From Microbacter sp. (GTDB taxonomy: Bacteria > Bacteroidota > Bacteroidia > Bacteroidales > Paludibacteraceae): a stretch of DNA of 64,000 nucleotides. Made by a program: the position numbers and the translations under genes. Positions 31,695 through 39,770 of the stretch are shown in pieces. Within the stretch, counting starts at the first letter, position 1; every line of letters starts with the position of its first letter. Under the pieces are notes generated by a model that worked only from the letters and a program-made list of their open reading frames with translations, made no database searches and was not told where the DNA came from. The stretch lies in the NCBI GenBank assembly GCA_049976245.1, contig JBMFIQ010000001.1, positions 1,265 through 65,264 on the forward strand, read 5' to 3'.

Positions 31695-32804
31695 CTACAA
31701 ATGCAGCACCAACATAGGAGTGTCAGAGTGGAAGATCATTTTGTGGGCAATGCTTGGATTGAAAAGATGCGTGAAAATGTTGCGTTTGTGTGAGTTGATC
31801 ACAATCAGGCTGATGCGTTGTTTTTGAATGTATGCCTCCAATTCGGCCAAAAGGTCTGTTTCTTTGATTGATCCGTATTCGGTTTTAAATAACGGATAAT
31901 GTGTTTTGACGTATTCTCTTAGCTTGTTGATTAGCTTGTCGTTGGATTGATTCCCTTTACGAGGCAGAATCTGTGTGAAAAAGATTTTCTTTTTAAAAGG
32001 GGTCAATAACAGCATCATCTTTTCAAAAGCCATTAAATCTTTTTCGTCCAAACTGTTGACAAATGCCACGTTGAGTTCTTCTTCGAAAGTGGACAACGGA
32101 ATGTTTTCGGGCACTGCCAAAACGGGTGTATGACTTCGATCAATGATTTCTGCCGTCACGCTACCAATTAAATCATTCTCTTTTTGATCTTTGCCTCGGG
32201 TTCCCATGATAATTAAAATCGGGTTGTGCTCCTTTGCGTACGTCAAAATGACATCCTCCGGGACGCCTTCTTTGATTTCGGCACTGATGGGAACTTTAGG
32301 TAATTCTTTTTTCTCCATCTTGCGCTTAAGCAGATTGAAAAGATTTTGCATGTCGTCTTCGGCTTTCTTAACCAATTCTTTGATGGTTTCAGTCTCGTAC
32401 ATGTCGTAGGACAAGGTTTCCGTGAGTTGCATCATTGAAAAATTCATGCTGTAATAGCTGTGTAACAACACGATTCGTGCATTCATGGAGGCTGCTATTT
32501 TCACGCCCAAATCGCAGGTGCGCAATGAATAATCGGAGAAATCAACCGGGATTAGAATCTCTTTTTCTTCTAAGTTGACAAGGGTTTCACCAAGATGTTG
32601 TGCGTATTCCATTTTTTCCACAATCAGCAAGGCTTTTGCAAGATCCATCTCCGGAATTCTGACCCGATATCCGGAGGTTAATTCCGTGGAAGATTCATTG
32701 ACAGGATTGATTTGCACCTGAATGCCTTCCGATTCCAATAATTTTTTAAGCAGTTGTGCTCTTTCGCCGGTGTGAATGGCAATCGTTACAAAGGTTGGTT
32801 CCAT
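31695..32804 (-). CDS. universal stress protein family protein (tandem Usp domains plus an N-terminal extra domain)
   Basis: 369-aa ORF with two UspA-like halves (..ILIPVDFSDYS.., ..IIMGTRG..; C-terminal ..VLVLHL). Confidence 0.75.
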   Translation of the reverse strand: MEPTFVTIAIHTGERAQLLKKLLESEGIQVQINPVNESSTELTSGYRVRIPEMDLAKALLIVEKMEYAQHLGETLVNLEEKEILIPVDFSDYSLRTCDLGVKIAASMNARIVLLHSYYSMNFSMMQLTETLSYDMYETETIKELVKKAEDDMQNLFNLLKRKMEKKELPKVPISAEIKEGVPEDVILTYAKEHNPILIIMGTRGKDQKENDLIGSVTAEIIDRSHTPVLAVPENIPLSTFEEELNVAFVNSLDEKDLMAFEKMMLLLTPFKKKIFFTQILPRKGNQSNDKLINKLREYVKTHYPLFKTEYGSIKETDLLAELEAYIQKQRISLIVINSHKRNIFTHLFNPSIAHKMIFHSDTPMLVLHL

Positions 32805-32844
32805 ACGGGTTGAAGTTAAATTGAAAACATCACTGATCTATTCA

Positions 32845-32852
32845 CAAATATA
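32845..32852 (-). promoter_or_regulatory. -7 box (TATATTTG) upstream of usp
   Basis: TAnnTTTG on the minus strand, 41 nt upstream of the 32804 start. Confidence 0.45.
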
Positions 32853-33081
32853 GTGCAAAAAATCGGGATCTGTTGGTTGTGAATTATATTAACAAATATT
32901 TATCTTAATTGTTTGACAAAGTAAAATATTATTCTTATGTTTGACATTGATTTGAATGTGGTTAAAACTTTGTTTGTAACCATTTCCATTCGTTGAAAAA
33001 ATAAAAAATAACAATAACTTATAGATTAAAAACAAAATACAGTCATTCAAAGGAAAAAATAATTTAACATGTTCAGATGGA

Positions 33082-33171
33082 ATGAAACGATCCTATAAAA
33101 GTTTATGTTCAAGATCATGCCTTTTTGGCGAGTTCCAAATCCTTTAGTGTTAAATGTAAAATAGACGTATG
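33082..33171 (+). repeat. ~90-nt intergenic repeat, copy A (most diverged)
   Basis: ATGAAACGATCC..TTATGTTCAAG..TTTGGCGAGTTCCA..AAAATAGACGTATG aligns by eye with copies B, C and D. Confidence 0.7.
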
Positions 33172-33385
33172 CATCAAGAAAACTGTTGATTTAATTGACT
33201 CGTAATCAAGAATATGGCTTTCATCCGTTTTTTTTCAAATGATCCAAAACAAATATTTTTTGCATTTTGAAGTTTGATTTGACGATGTTGGCGTCGTGAA
33301 GATTTTGGGAATAGCCATTAGCCGTAAGTGAAGTTGTATTAAACCATGATTTATATTCAATATCAAGATATTAAACTATTTACCT

Positions 33386-33480
33386 ATGAAACGAGCCATA
33401 AAAATGCTTATGCTCAAGCGTATGACTATTTTGGCGAGTTCCATACTTCCTTAGCGTAAAAAAAATAAAAAAGACGTATG
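33386..33480 (+). repeat. ~90-nt intergenic repeat, copy B (its terminal ATG is the DUF3276 start codon)
   Basis: ATGAAACGAGCCATAAAAATGCTTATGCTCAAGCGTATGACTATTTTGGCGAGTTCCATACTTCCTTAGCGTAAAAAAAATAAAAAAGACGTATG. Confidence 0.8.
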
Positions 33481-33786
33481 AAAACTTCCACATTGTTGCC
33501 TAACGAAAAGTTGAATGATCAGGAAATTTATTACTCCAAAGAAATTAAAGCCGGCAAACGGATTTATTATTTGGACATGAAACGAAGCCGATTCGGTGAT
33601 TATTATCTTGCCATCACGGAAAGTAAAAAAGCCGTTGCCGAAGATGATAAAAAGAATCCGATTGTGACATTTGAGAAACACAAAATCTTTATTTACAAAG
33701 AGGATTTTGAGAAATTTTTAAATGGCATGCAGGAGTTGATCGAGTTGATTAACATCAAAAATAACGGTCTTGATGCGGCTAAATAA
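33478..33786 (+). CDS. DUF3276 / PUR-alpha-like nucleic-acid-binding protein
   Basis: 102-aa ORF. The (E)IYSKEIKAGKRIYYLDMKRSRFGDYYLAITESKK pattern is typical of the Bacteroidota DUF3276 family. Confidence 0.75.
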   Translation: MKTSTLLPNEKLNDQEIYYSKEIKAGKRIYYLDMKRSRFGDYYLAITESKKAVAEDDKKNPIVTFEKHKIFIYKEDFEKFLNGMQELIELINIKNNGLDAAK

Positions 33787-34001
33787 GCTAATAACGATAT
33801 TCCTGACATGAAACATCTTTATTCTTCTTGAGCAAGATGATTTTTCTTCTCTTTTTCTGACTCTATACTGCTTGTTATGAGTGAATTGATTTTTGATGTC
33901 ATCACGCCAAGCTGATTTTTGGAACGTCATTCTCCGTTGATGTTTGGTTTGCGTGTTGATTTCTTTGCTCTCGGACACCATCATCGTAGTGTCGGAATGC
34001 T

Positions 34002-34009
34002 TATCTTTG
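34002..34009 (+). promoter_or_regulatory. -7 box (TATCTTTG) upstream of the threonine aldolase gene
   Basis: TAnnTTTG 69 nt upstream of ATG 34078. Confidence 0.4.
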
Positions 34010-34077
34010 CACTGTTTTGACGAAAAGGAGAGCCTTTAGTCGTCTATTTTGCTATTGAATATTGAAAATCAACGATT

Positions 34078-35118
34078 ATGAAGAGTTTTGCCAGTGACAA
34101 TTATTCCGGAATTCATCCTCTAGTGTTGGAAAAAATTGTTGAAGCCAATCAACAGCACGCTTCCGCTTACGGTAACGATCCGTACACGCATCTTTTGGAA
34201 AGTACTTTTCGAGCAATGCTAGGTGAGGAGACCGAGGTATTGGCGCTTTTGAACGGTACGGGAGCCAATGTTGTTGGGTTGCAGTGTGCAGTTCATCCTT
34301 TTGATATGATCTTATGTGCTGAAACTGCGCATATCAATTCCGATGAATGTGGCGCTGTGACAAAAGCTACGGGGAGTACCATACGTCCCATTGTTTCGCC
34401 CGACGGAAAATTGACACCGGCGTTGATTGAACCCTATTTGAAAGGATTCGGGAATGTACATAACGTACAGCCTCGTGTGGTTTCTATTTCACAAACTACG
34501 GAATTAGGGACATTGTATCAACCGGATGAATTGAAATCTTTGTGTGATTTTGCACATCAGTATGGGTTGTTTGTTCACATGGACGGAGCCAGAATTTCGA
34601 ATGCCGTGGCTGCATTAGGAACGGACTTAAAGCATTGTACGGTGGATTGCGGCGTGGACATCATGAGCTTTGGCGGGACGAAGAACGGCATTATGGTGGG
34701 TGAAATATTGTTGATTTTTAATCCATTGTTGGCAAAACATGCAGCGTTTGTGCGAAAGCAAACGGCACAACTTTTTTCGAAAATGAGGTTTATATCGGCT
34801 CAGTTTGCAGCTTTACTTGAAAATGATCTGTGGCTATCCATGGCGCGTCATGCCAATCGGATGGCTGCATTGCTGAAAGAGCAAATTGGTCGATTCCCTT
34901 TTGTTGAACTCACGCAGCCGGTTGAGGCAAATGCTCTGTTTGTGAGGCTTCCGCACGAATTGATCGAACCGCTTCAAAAAGATTTTCCTTTTTATGTTTG
35001 GAATGAAAATGAGAATGTGGTGCGTTGGATGTGCTCTTTTGACACAACAGAAGATGACATTGATCAATTTGTTGATCACATTCATGCATTGGCAACAGAG
35101 CTGCATTTAAGCCATTGA
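34078..35118 (+). CDS. ltaE: low-specificity L-threonine aldolase family protein (PLP-dependent)
   Basis: 346-aa ORF with FASDNYSG at the N-terminus, the HMDGARISNA motif and the PLP-lysine context FGGTKNG. Confidence 0.85.
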   Translation: MKSFASDNYSGIHPLVLEKIVEANQQHASAYGNDPYTHLLESTFRAMLGEETEVLALLNGTGANVVGLQCAVHPFDMILCAETAHINSDECGAVTKATGSTIRPIVSPDGKLTPALIEPYLKGFGNVHNVQPRVVSISQTTELGTLYQPDELKSLCDFAHQYGLFVHMDGARISNAVAALGTDLKHCTVDCGVDIMSFGGTKNGIMVGEILLIFNPLLAKHAAFVRKQTAQLFSKMRFISAQFAALLENDLWLSMARHANRMAALLKEQIGRFPFVELTQPVEANALFVRLPHELIEPLQKDFPFYVWNENENVVRWMCSFDTTEDDIDQFVDHIHALATELHLSH

Positions 35119-35158
35119 AAAATAGATTGATCGTTTTAATTTAACAAAAGCAACCTTT

Positions 35159-36280
35159 GTGTTTTTTCACGATATCATAGGTCAAGAACTGACAAAACAG
35201 CGTTTACGTGCATTTGTTGCAGAAGATCGTTTGCCGCATGCTTTGTTGCTAATCGGAGCCGAAGGGGTCGGAATTTTGCCGTTGGCTCTTGCTTTTGCTC
35301 AGTATGTTAACTGCACGCATCGAACTGCTGACGAAGCGTGTGGAAAATGTCCGTCATGTATTAAATTTGCCAAACTGCAACATCCTGATTTACATTTTGT
35401 ATTTCCAATCATAAAGTTGAACAGTAGTAAAGTAAGCATTTGCGACGATTTTGTTTTCTCATTCAGAAAGTTTCTGCTCGAAAATCCATACGGAACGCCT
35501 GATGATTGGATGAATGAATTGTCATCGGACAAGCAAGGGATGATTTACGAAGCCGAAAGTGCCGAAATCATACGCAAATTGAATTTTAAAACTTATGAAT
35601 CAGAATATAAGATCATGATTATTTGGCAGCCGGAGCGAATGCACACGGCATGTGCCAACAAATTGTTGAAGATTCTTGAAGAACCGCCTGAAAAAACCTT
35701 GTTTTTTTTAATTTCCGAACAGCCGGACTTGTTGTTGCCTACCATTCTGTCAAGAGTTCAGCGTATCAATGTTCCGTTGATTGAAAAAGAGGATATGTCC
35801 AATGCTTTACAACAACGATTTAGCTTAAATGAGCAGATGATTCGCCAAATTGTTCGTGTGGCAAACGGAAACTTTAGAAAGGCTTTGGATCTAATCATTT
35901 CATCAGATAGCCAGAAGTTTAATTTTGAACAATTTAAGTTTTTCATGCGAAACTCTTACAAACGTGACGTGCAAGCATTGAAAAAATGGTCGGACATGAT
36001 GTCCAAAATTGGCAGGGAAAAACAAAAAGGGTTTTTCAAATACATGCAAAACATGTTGCGTGAAAACTTCATTTTGAACTTAGAAATGGAAGAACTGAAT
36101 TATTTGAACGAGGAAGAAATGGCTTTTTCCAGTAAGTTTTCGGTTTTTGTTAATGAGCGTAATATTGAAAAAATGATGGAAGAAACGGCATTGGCCGAAC
36201 AACACATTGAAAGTAACGTCAATGCCAAAATGATCTTTTTTGATTTGTCAATTCAGTTTAGCCGTTTATTGAAAAATTAG
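35159..36280 (+). CDS. holB: DNA polymerase III subunit delta'
   Basis: 373-aa ORF with a GTG start. It shows IIGQE...RLPHALLLIGAEGVG, a zinc module CGKCPSC and the clamp-loader SRVQ motif (ILSRVQRI). Confidence 0.88.
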   Translation: MFFHDIIGQELTKQRLRAFVAEDRLPHALLLIGAEGVGILPLALAFAQYVNCTHRTADEACGKCPSCIKFAKLQHPDLHFVFPIIKLNSSKVSICDDFVFSFRKFLLENPYGTPDDWMNELSSDKQGMIYEAESAEIIRKLNFKTYESEYKIMIIWQPERMHTACANKLLKILEEPPEKTLFFLISEQPDLLLPTILSRVQRINVPLIEKEDMSNALQQRFSLNEQMIRQIVRVANGNFRKALDLIISSDSQKFNFEQFKFFMRNSYKRDVQALKKWSDMMSKIGREKQKGFFKYMQNMLRENFILNLEMEELNYLNEEEMAFSSKFSVFVNERNIEKMMEETALAEQHIESNVNAKMIFFDLSIQFSRLLKN

Positions 36281-36288
36281 TAACTTTG
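36281..36288 (+). promoter_or_regulatory. -7 box (TAACTTTG) upstream of the PSP1 gene
   Basis: TAnnTTTG immediately after the holB stop, about 92 nt upstream of 36380. Confidence 0.4.
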
Positions 36289-36379
36289 CAAATAATGGGT
36301 TGAAGTGTTGACGAGGTTTTATGAGTCAATAAGTTAAATCAATCCAAATTGATTTTTACACTGTTTTTGCAACGATTCC

Positions 36380-37519
36380 ATGGATTATATATCAGCTCCC
36401 GACGGATGTCGGATGAATAAAAAAGGGACCAATCGAAATTCCGACAAGAAGTTAAGTACGTTCGATTGGTTGTGTGATCTGCCGGAGACGCAGGAAGAAT
36501 GTGCCTATGTGGAGGTGCAATTTAAGAACACGCGCAAAGGCTATTTTTTGAATAGCAACGACCTAAAGCTCGAAAAAGGCGATGTGGTGGCGGTTGAGGC
36601 AACGCCAGGTCACGATATTGGAGAAGTGACATTGACGGGACGTTTGGTAGAACTTCAAATGAAAAAAAATGGGATCAATCCCAAGAAGTCCGAAATTCGG
36701 CGTGTCTATCGAAAAGCTCGTCCGATTGATTTGGAGAAGTACGAAGAAGCCAAAGCCAAAGAGCACGACACCATGATTAAAGCTCGTCGTATTGCAGCTG
36801 ATCTGCATCTTAACATGAAGATTGGGGATGTTGAATATCAAGGTGATGGCAGCAAAGCGATTTTCTATTATATTGCTGATGAACGCGTTGATTTTCGTCA
36901 ATTAATTAAAGTGTTGGCTGAGGAGTTTGGCATTCGGATCGAGATGCGTCAGATTGGTGCCCGTCAGGAAGCAGGTCGGATCGGAGGCATTGGTCCTTGC
37001 GGACGGGAGTTGTGTTGTTCGACCTGGATGGGAAATTTTGTATCGGTAGCAACCAATGCAGCGCGATTTCAAGATTTATCGACCAATCCGCAGAAATTAG
37101 CCGGCCAATGTGCCAAATTGAAATGTTGTCTCAACTACGAATTGGATGCTTATGTTGATGTACAAAAAGATTTTCCATCCAAAGAGATTGCCCTTGAAGC
37201 GGCTTCGGGCACTTATTATCATTTCAAAACCGATGTTTTCAAACGTCAAATGACCTATTCTTCTGCGCCTGGAATGGCATCCAATTTAGTTACGTTGTCG
37301 GTTGAACGGGTGAAAGAAATCATTGCCGTCAATCGCAGAGGTGAAAAGGTTCAAACACTGGAAGAGGTTGTTGCCAAAAAGAATGAGGTAAGCATTGATT
37401 TTCAGAATGTGGTAGGACAAGACAGTTTGACGCGATTTGATCAGACCAAAAAGAAGAAAAATAAAAATCGATATAGAAAAAATGGTTCCGGGAAAAAAGG
37501 GGAAGCAGGCCGTTCTTAG
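36380..37519 (+). CDS. PSP1 domain protein (RicT/YaaT-like)
   Basis: 379-aa ORF with an alternative start at ATG 36413. It has a PSP1 C-terminal-type Cys-rich block (GPCGRELCCSTW...CAKLKCCLNYE) and the conserved holB-PSP1-gldH order. Confidence 0.85.
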   Translation: MDYISAPDGCRMNKKGTNRNSDKKLSTFDWLCDLPETQEECAYVEVQFKNTRKGYFLNSNDLKLEKGDVVAVEATPGHDIGEVTLTGRLVELQMKKNGINPKKSEIRRVYRKARPIDLEKYEEAKAKEHDTMIKARRIAADLHLNMKIGDVEYQGDGSKAIFYYIADERVDFRQLIKVLAEEFGIRIEMRQIGARQEAGRIGGIGPCGRELCCSTWMGNFVSVATNAARFQDLSTNPQKLAGQCAKLKCCLNYELDAYVDVQKDFPSKEIALEAASGTYYHFKTDVFKRQMTYSSAPGMASNLVTLSVERVKEIIAVNRRGEKVQTLEEVVAKKNEVSIDFQNVVGQDSLTRFDQTKKKKNKNRYRKNGSGKKGEAGRS

Positions 37520-37958
37520 CATTTGGGTGATTTTGGTATTGACCATTGTTTCGTGCAACAGCAGGACGGTTTATGATCAATTCAAAACGGTTCATCGTTC
37601 AGGATGGGATAAAGATAGTGTGGCCTATTTCTCCGTTTTTATTCCTGATACCATGAGTCGATATGATGTGATGGTTACGGTCCGAAACAATGCTGCTTAT
37701 CCATATCAAAATTTTTGGATGTTTATCGACGAGCAATCACCTACGGGCAAAGTGGAGAAAGACACGGTGGAATGCTATTTGGCTGATGATCGTGGACGTT
37801 GGTTAGGTCGTGGATTCAGTGTTTATTCCATGCCTGTCCTGATTGCTCATCACAAAAAATTTCATCATCGTGGATATTATTTTTTTGGCATTCGTCAAGG
37901 GATGCGTGATGACTTGTTAAAAGGCATTACGGCTATTGGTTTGGAAATTAGGAAGTAA
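37482..37958 (+). CDS. gldH: gliding motility lipoprotein GldH
   Basis: ORF track 37437..37958. The likely start is ATG 37482, giving a lipoprotein signal with lipobox LTIVSC. GldH-like motifs are present (RNNAAYPYQNFWMF, LADDRGRWLGRG, IRQGMRDDLLKGI). It overlaps the PSP1 3' end. Confidence 0.8.
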   Translation: MVPGKKGKQAVLSIWVILVLTIVSCNSRTVYDQFKTVHRSGWDKDSVAYFSVFIPDTMSRYDVMVTVRNNAAYPYQNFWMFIDEQSPTGKVEKDTVECYLADDRGRWLGRGFSVYSMPVLIAHHKKFHHRGYYFFGIRQGMRDDLLKGITAIGLEIRK

Positions 37959-37992
37959 TTTATTGATTATAAATAATTTAAATTCAATTATT

Positions 37993-38769
37993 ATGCAAAT
38001 TACCATTATTGGAGCAGGAAACATTGGGGGTGCCATTGCCAAAGGATTGTATCAAAAGAAAGATCCATCGGAAAATTTGCGGATTTGTTTATCTGATGTC
38101 AACAAAGATAAACTGAATGCTTTGCTTGGTTTTTGCGACAAGACTTTTACCAATAACGTTGAAGCCATTGAAGGTGCTGACGTCATTGTCATTGCGGTTA
38201 AGCCATGGTTAGTTGAAATGGTTATTGAGGAAATCAATGCCGCTTTAAATCCAGAACGTCATTTGTTGGTTTCGGTGGCGGCCGGAGTTACCATCGATTC
38301 GATCAATAAGCGATTGCCGTATGTTTTCCCGGTTTATCGTATTATTCCCAATACCGCCATTGAATTGGGCGCCAGCATGACATTGATTTCATCTCAAAAT
38401 TCGACGGATGATCAAGACATCATGATTGGAAAATTCTTTGAAAAATTGGGGAAGGTGCTTTTTATTCCTGAAACCTTGATGAGTGCGGCCACATCCATCA
38501 CTTCATGCGGCATAGCTTATGCTTTAAGATACGTACGCGCAGCCACGGAAGGTGCCGTTGAATTAGGATTTTCACCACAACAGGCGCAGGAAATGATTGC
38601 CCAAACCATGATGGGAGCTGCTACATTGTTGCTCCACAATCAAGACAATGCAGAGGTGGAAATAGATAAGGTAACCACTCCCGGCGGATTAACCATTAAG
38701 GGATTGAATGCCATGGAAGAAGCAGGATTTTCGCGCGCTGTGATCGCTGGTTTGAAGGCTAGCATGTAA
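37993..38769 (+). CDS. proC: pyrroline-5-carboxylate reductase
   Basis: ORF track 37936..38769. The likely start is ATG 37993 (MQITIIGAGNIGGAI Rossmann). The C-terminal P5CR motif TTPGGLTIKG is present. Confidence 0.9.
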   Translation: MQITIIGAGNIGGAIAKGLYQKKDPSENLRICLSDVNKDKLNALLGFCDKTFTNNVEAIEGADVIVIAVKPWLVEMVIEEINAALNPERHLLVSVAAGVTIDSINKRLPYVFPVYRIIPNTAIELGASMTLISSQNSTDDQDIMIGKFFEKLGKVLFIPETLMSAATSITSCGIAYALRYVRAATEGAVELGFSPQQAQEMIAQTMMGAATLLLHNQDNAEVEIDKVTTPGGLTIKGLNAMEEAGFSRAVIAGLKASM

Positions 38770-38831
38770 TCAAGTTATATTAATAATTTAAAATAAGTAA
38801 TTTTAATACTTTGTGGTTGTAGCATTTTATG

Positions 38832-38839
38832 TAATTTTG
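38832..38839 (+). promoter_or_regulatory. -7 box (TAATTTTG) upstream of wza-wzc
   Basis: TAnnTTTG 117 nt upstream of ATG 38956. Confidence 0.35.
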
Positions 38840-38955
38840 CAACCTTGAATTTTAAAGCCGGTCTTATTTGAAAAAACAGCATTTCATTGCCGATCCTTTA
38901 ACTCTTTGTTGTTGGCGGTGATTCCGGTTCATTCTCATTGTAAACTTGATGTTTA

Positions 38956-39741
38956 ATGAAAAAATTATTTCTTGTGGCCATCGTGTCACTCCTCTTGTTC
39001 TCATGTGCTTCCAATAAAAATATTCCATATTTTAGAGATATTCCTTCTAACGCAAAGATTCTGTCGGATACTACGTTATTGCCTAAAAGCATACGGATTG
39101 ACATAGGAGATATTTTATCGATTACCGTGTCAACAATGGATCCGTCAGCTGCCCTGCCGTTTAATTTACCTTTAATTTCATATGCGGCACCGGGCTCCGA
39201 TCAAATGTACAGTACGCCCAGTTTACAACCGTATATTGTTGACAAACAAGGAGATATTACATTTCCTGTCATAGGGGACATTCACGTTGCCGGTTTAACC
39301 AAACAAGAGGTTGTGGATTTATTAAAACAAAAATTAGCCCCTTATTTAAAGAATCCGGTGATTGTGTTGCAAATCATGAATTTTAAGGTGACCATTTTAG
39401 GAGAAGTGAATCATCCGGGAACTTACACCATTCCGAATGATCAAGTCACCATTCTTCAGGCATTAGGATACGCCGGAGATATGACCGTGTATGGGAAACG
39501 CAACAACGTGTTGCTGATTCGCGATCATGGTGGAAGGAAAGAATATGTTCGACTTGATCTAAATAATTCACAGGTGCTCAATTCTCCTTATTATTATCTG
39601 CAGCAAAATGATGTGATTTATGTTGAGCCCAACAAGACGAAGATGATTAATGTTGATAATCAGAATACGACACTTTATATTTCCATTATTTCAACCGTTG
39701 TAACTACAGCAGCCGTATTGATCTCTTTGTTTAGAAAATAA
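38956..39741 (+). CDS. wza: polysaccharide export outer-membrane protein (Wza/BexD family)
   Basis: 261-aa ORF with a lipoprotein signal (LLFSC), Poly_export motifs (I..GD.L.I.V, G.I.FP..G.I.VAGLT..E) and a SLBB-like segment. Confidence 0.85.
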   Translation: MKKLFLVAIVSLLLFSCASNKNIPYFRDIPSNAKILSDTTLLPKSIRIDIGDILSITVSTMDPSAALPFNLPLISYAAPGSDQMYSTPSLQPYIVDKQGDITFPVIGDIHVAGLTKQEVVDLLKQKLAPYLKNPVIVLQIMNFKVTILGEVNHPGTYTIPNDQVTILQALGYAGDMTVYGKRNNVLLIRDHGGRKEYVRLDLNNSQVLNSPYYYLQQNDVIYVEPNKTKMINVDNQNTTLYISIISTVVTTAAVLISLFRK

Positions 39742-39770
39742 TTTTTGCTTTTTTTTAATTTAATTATTTT

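Noticed and set aside
33161-33171. The repeat terminus AGACGTATG as an Mpi/Tsr-type invertase site (B. fragilis consensus ARACGTWCGT) flanking an invertible promoter
   Set aside because: Only 7 of 10 positions match. Local copies are direct rather than inverted, and no serine or tyrosine recombinase gene is present in the window.
33082-33480. Reading the ~90-nt repeats as genes for 21-22-aa peptides (for example MKRAIKMLMLKRMTILASSILP)
   Set aside because: Each copy opens with ATG/GTG and has a short ORF. However, indels between copies shift the frame in the middle (MLMLKRMTI versus RAYAQENDY) and the stop position is not conserved. Conservation is therefore at the nucleotide level, not the protein level.
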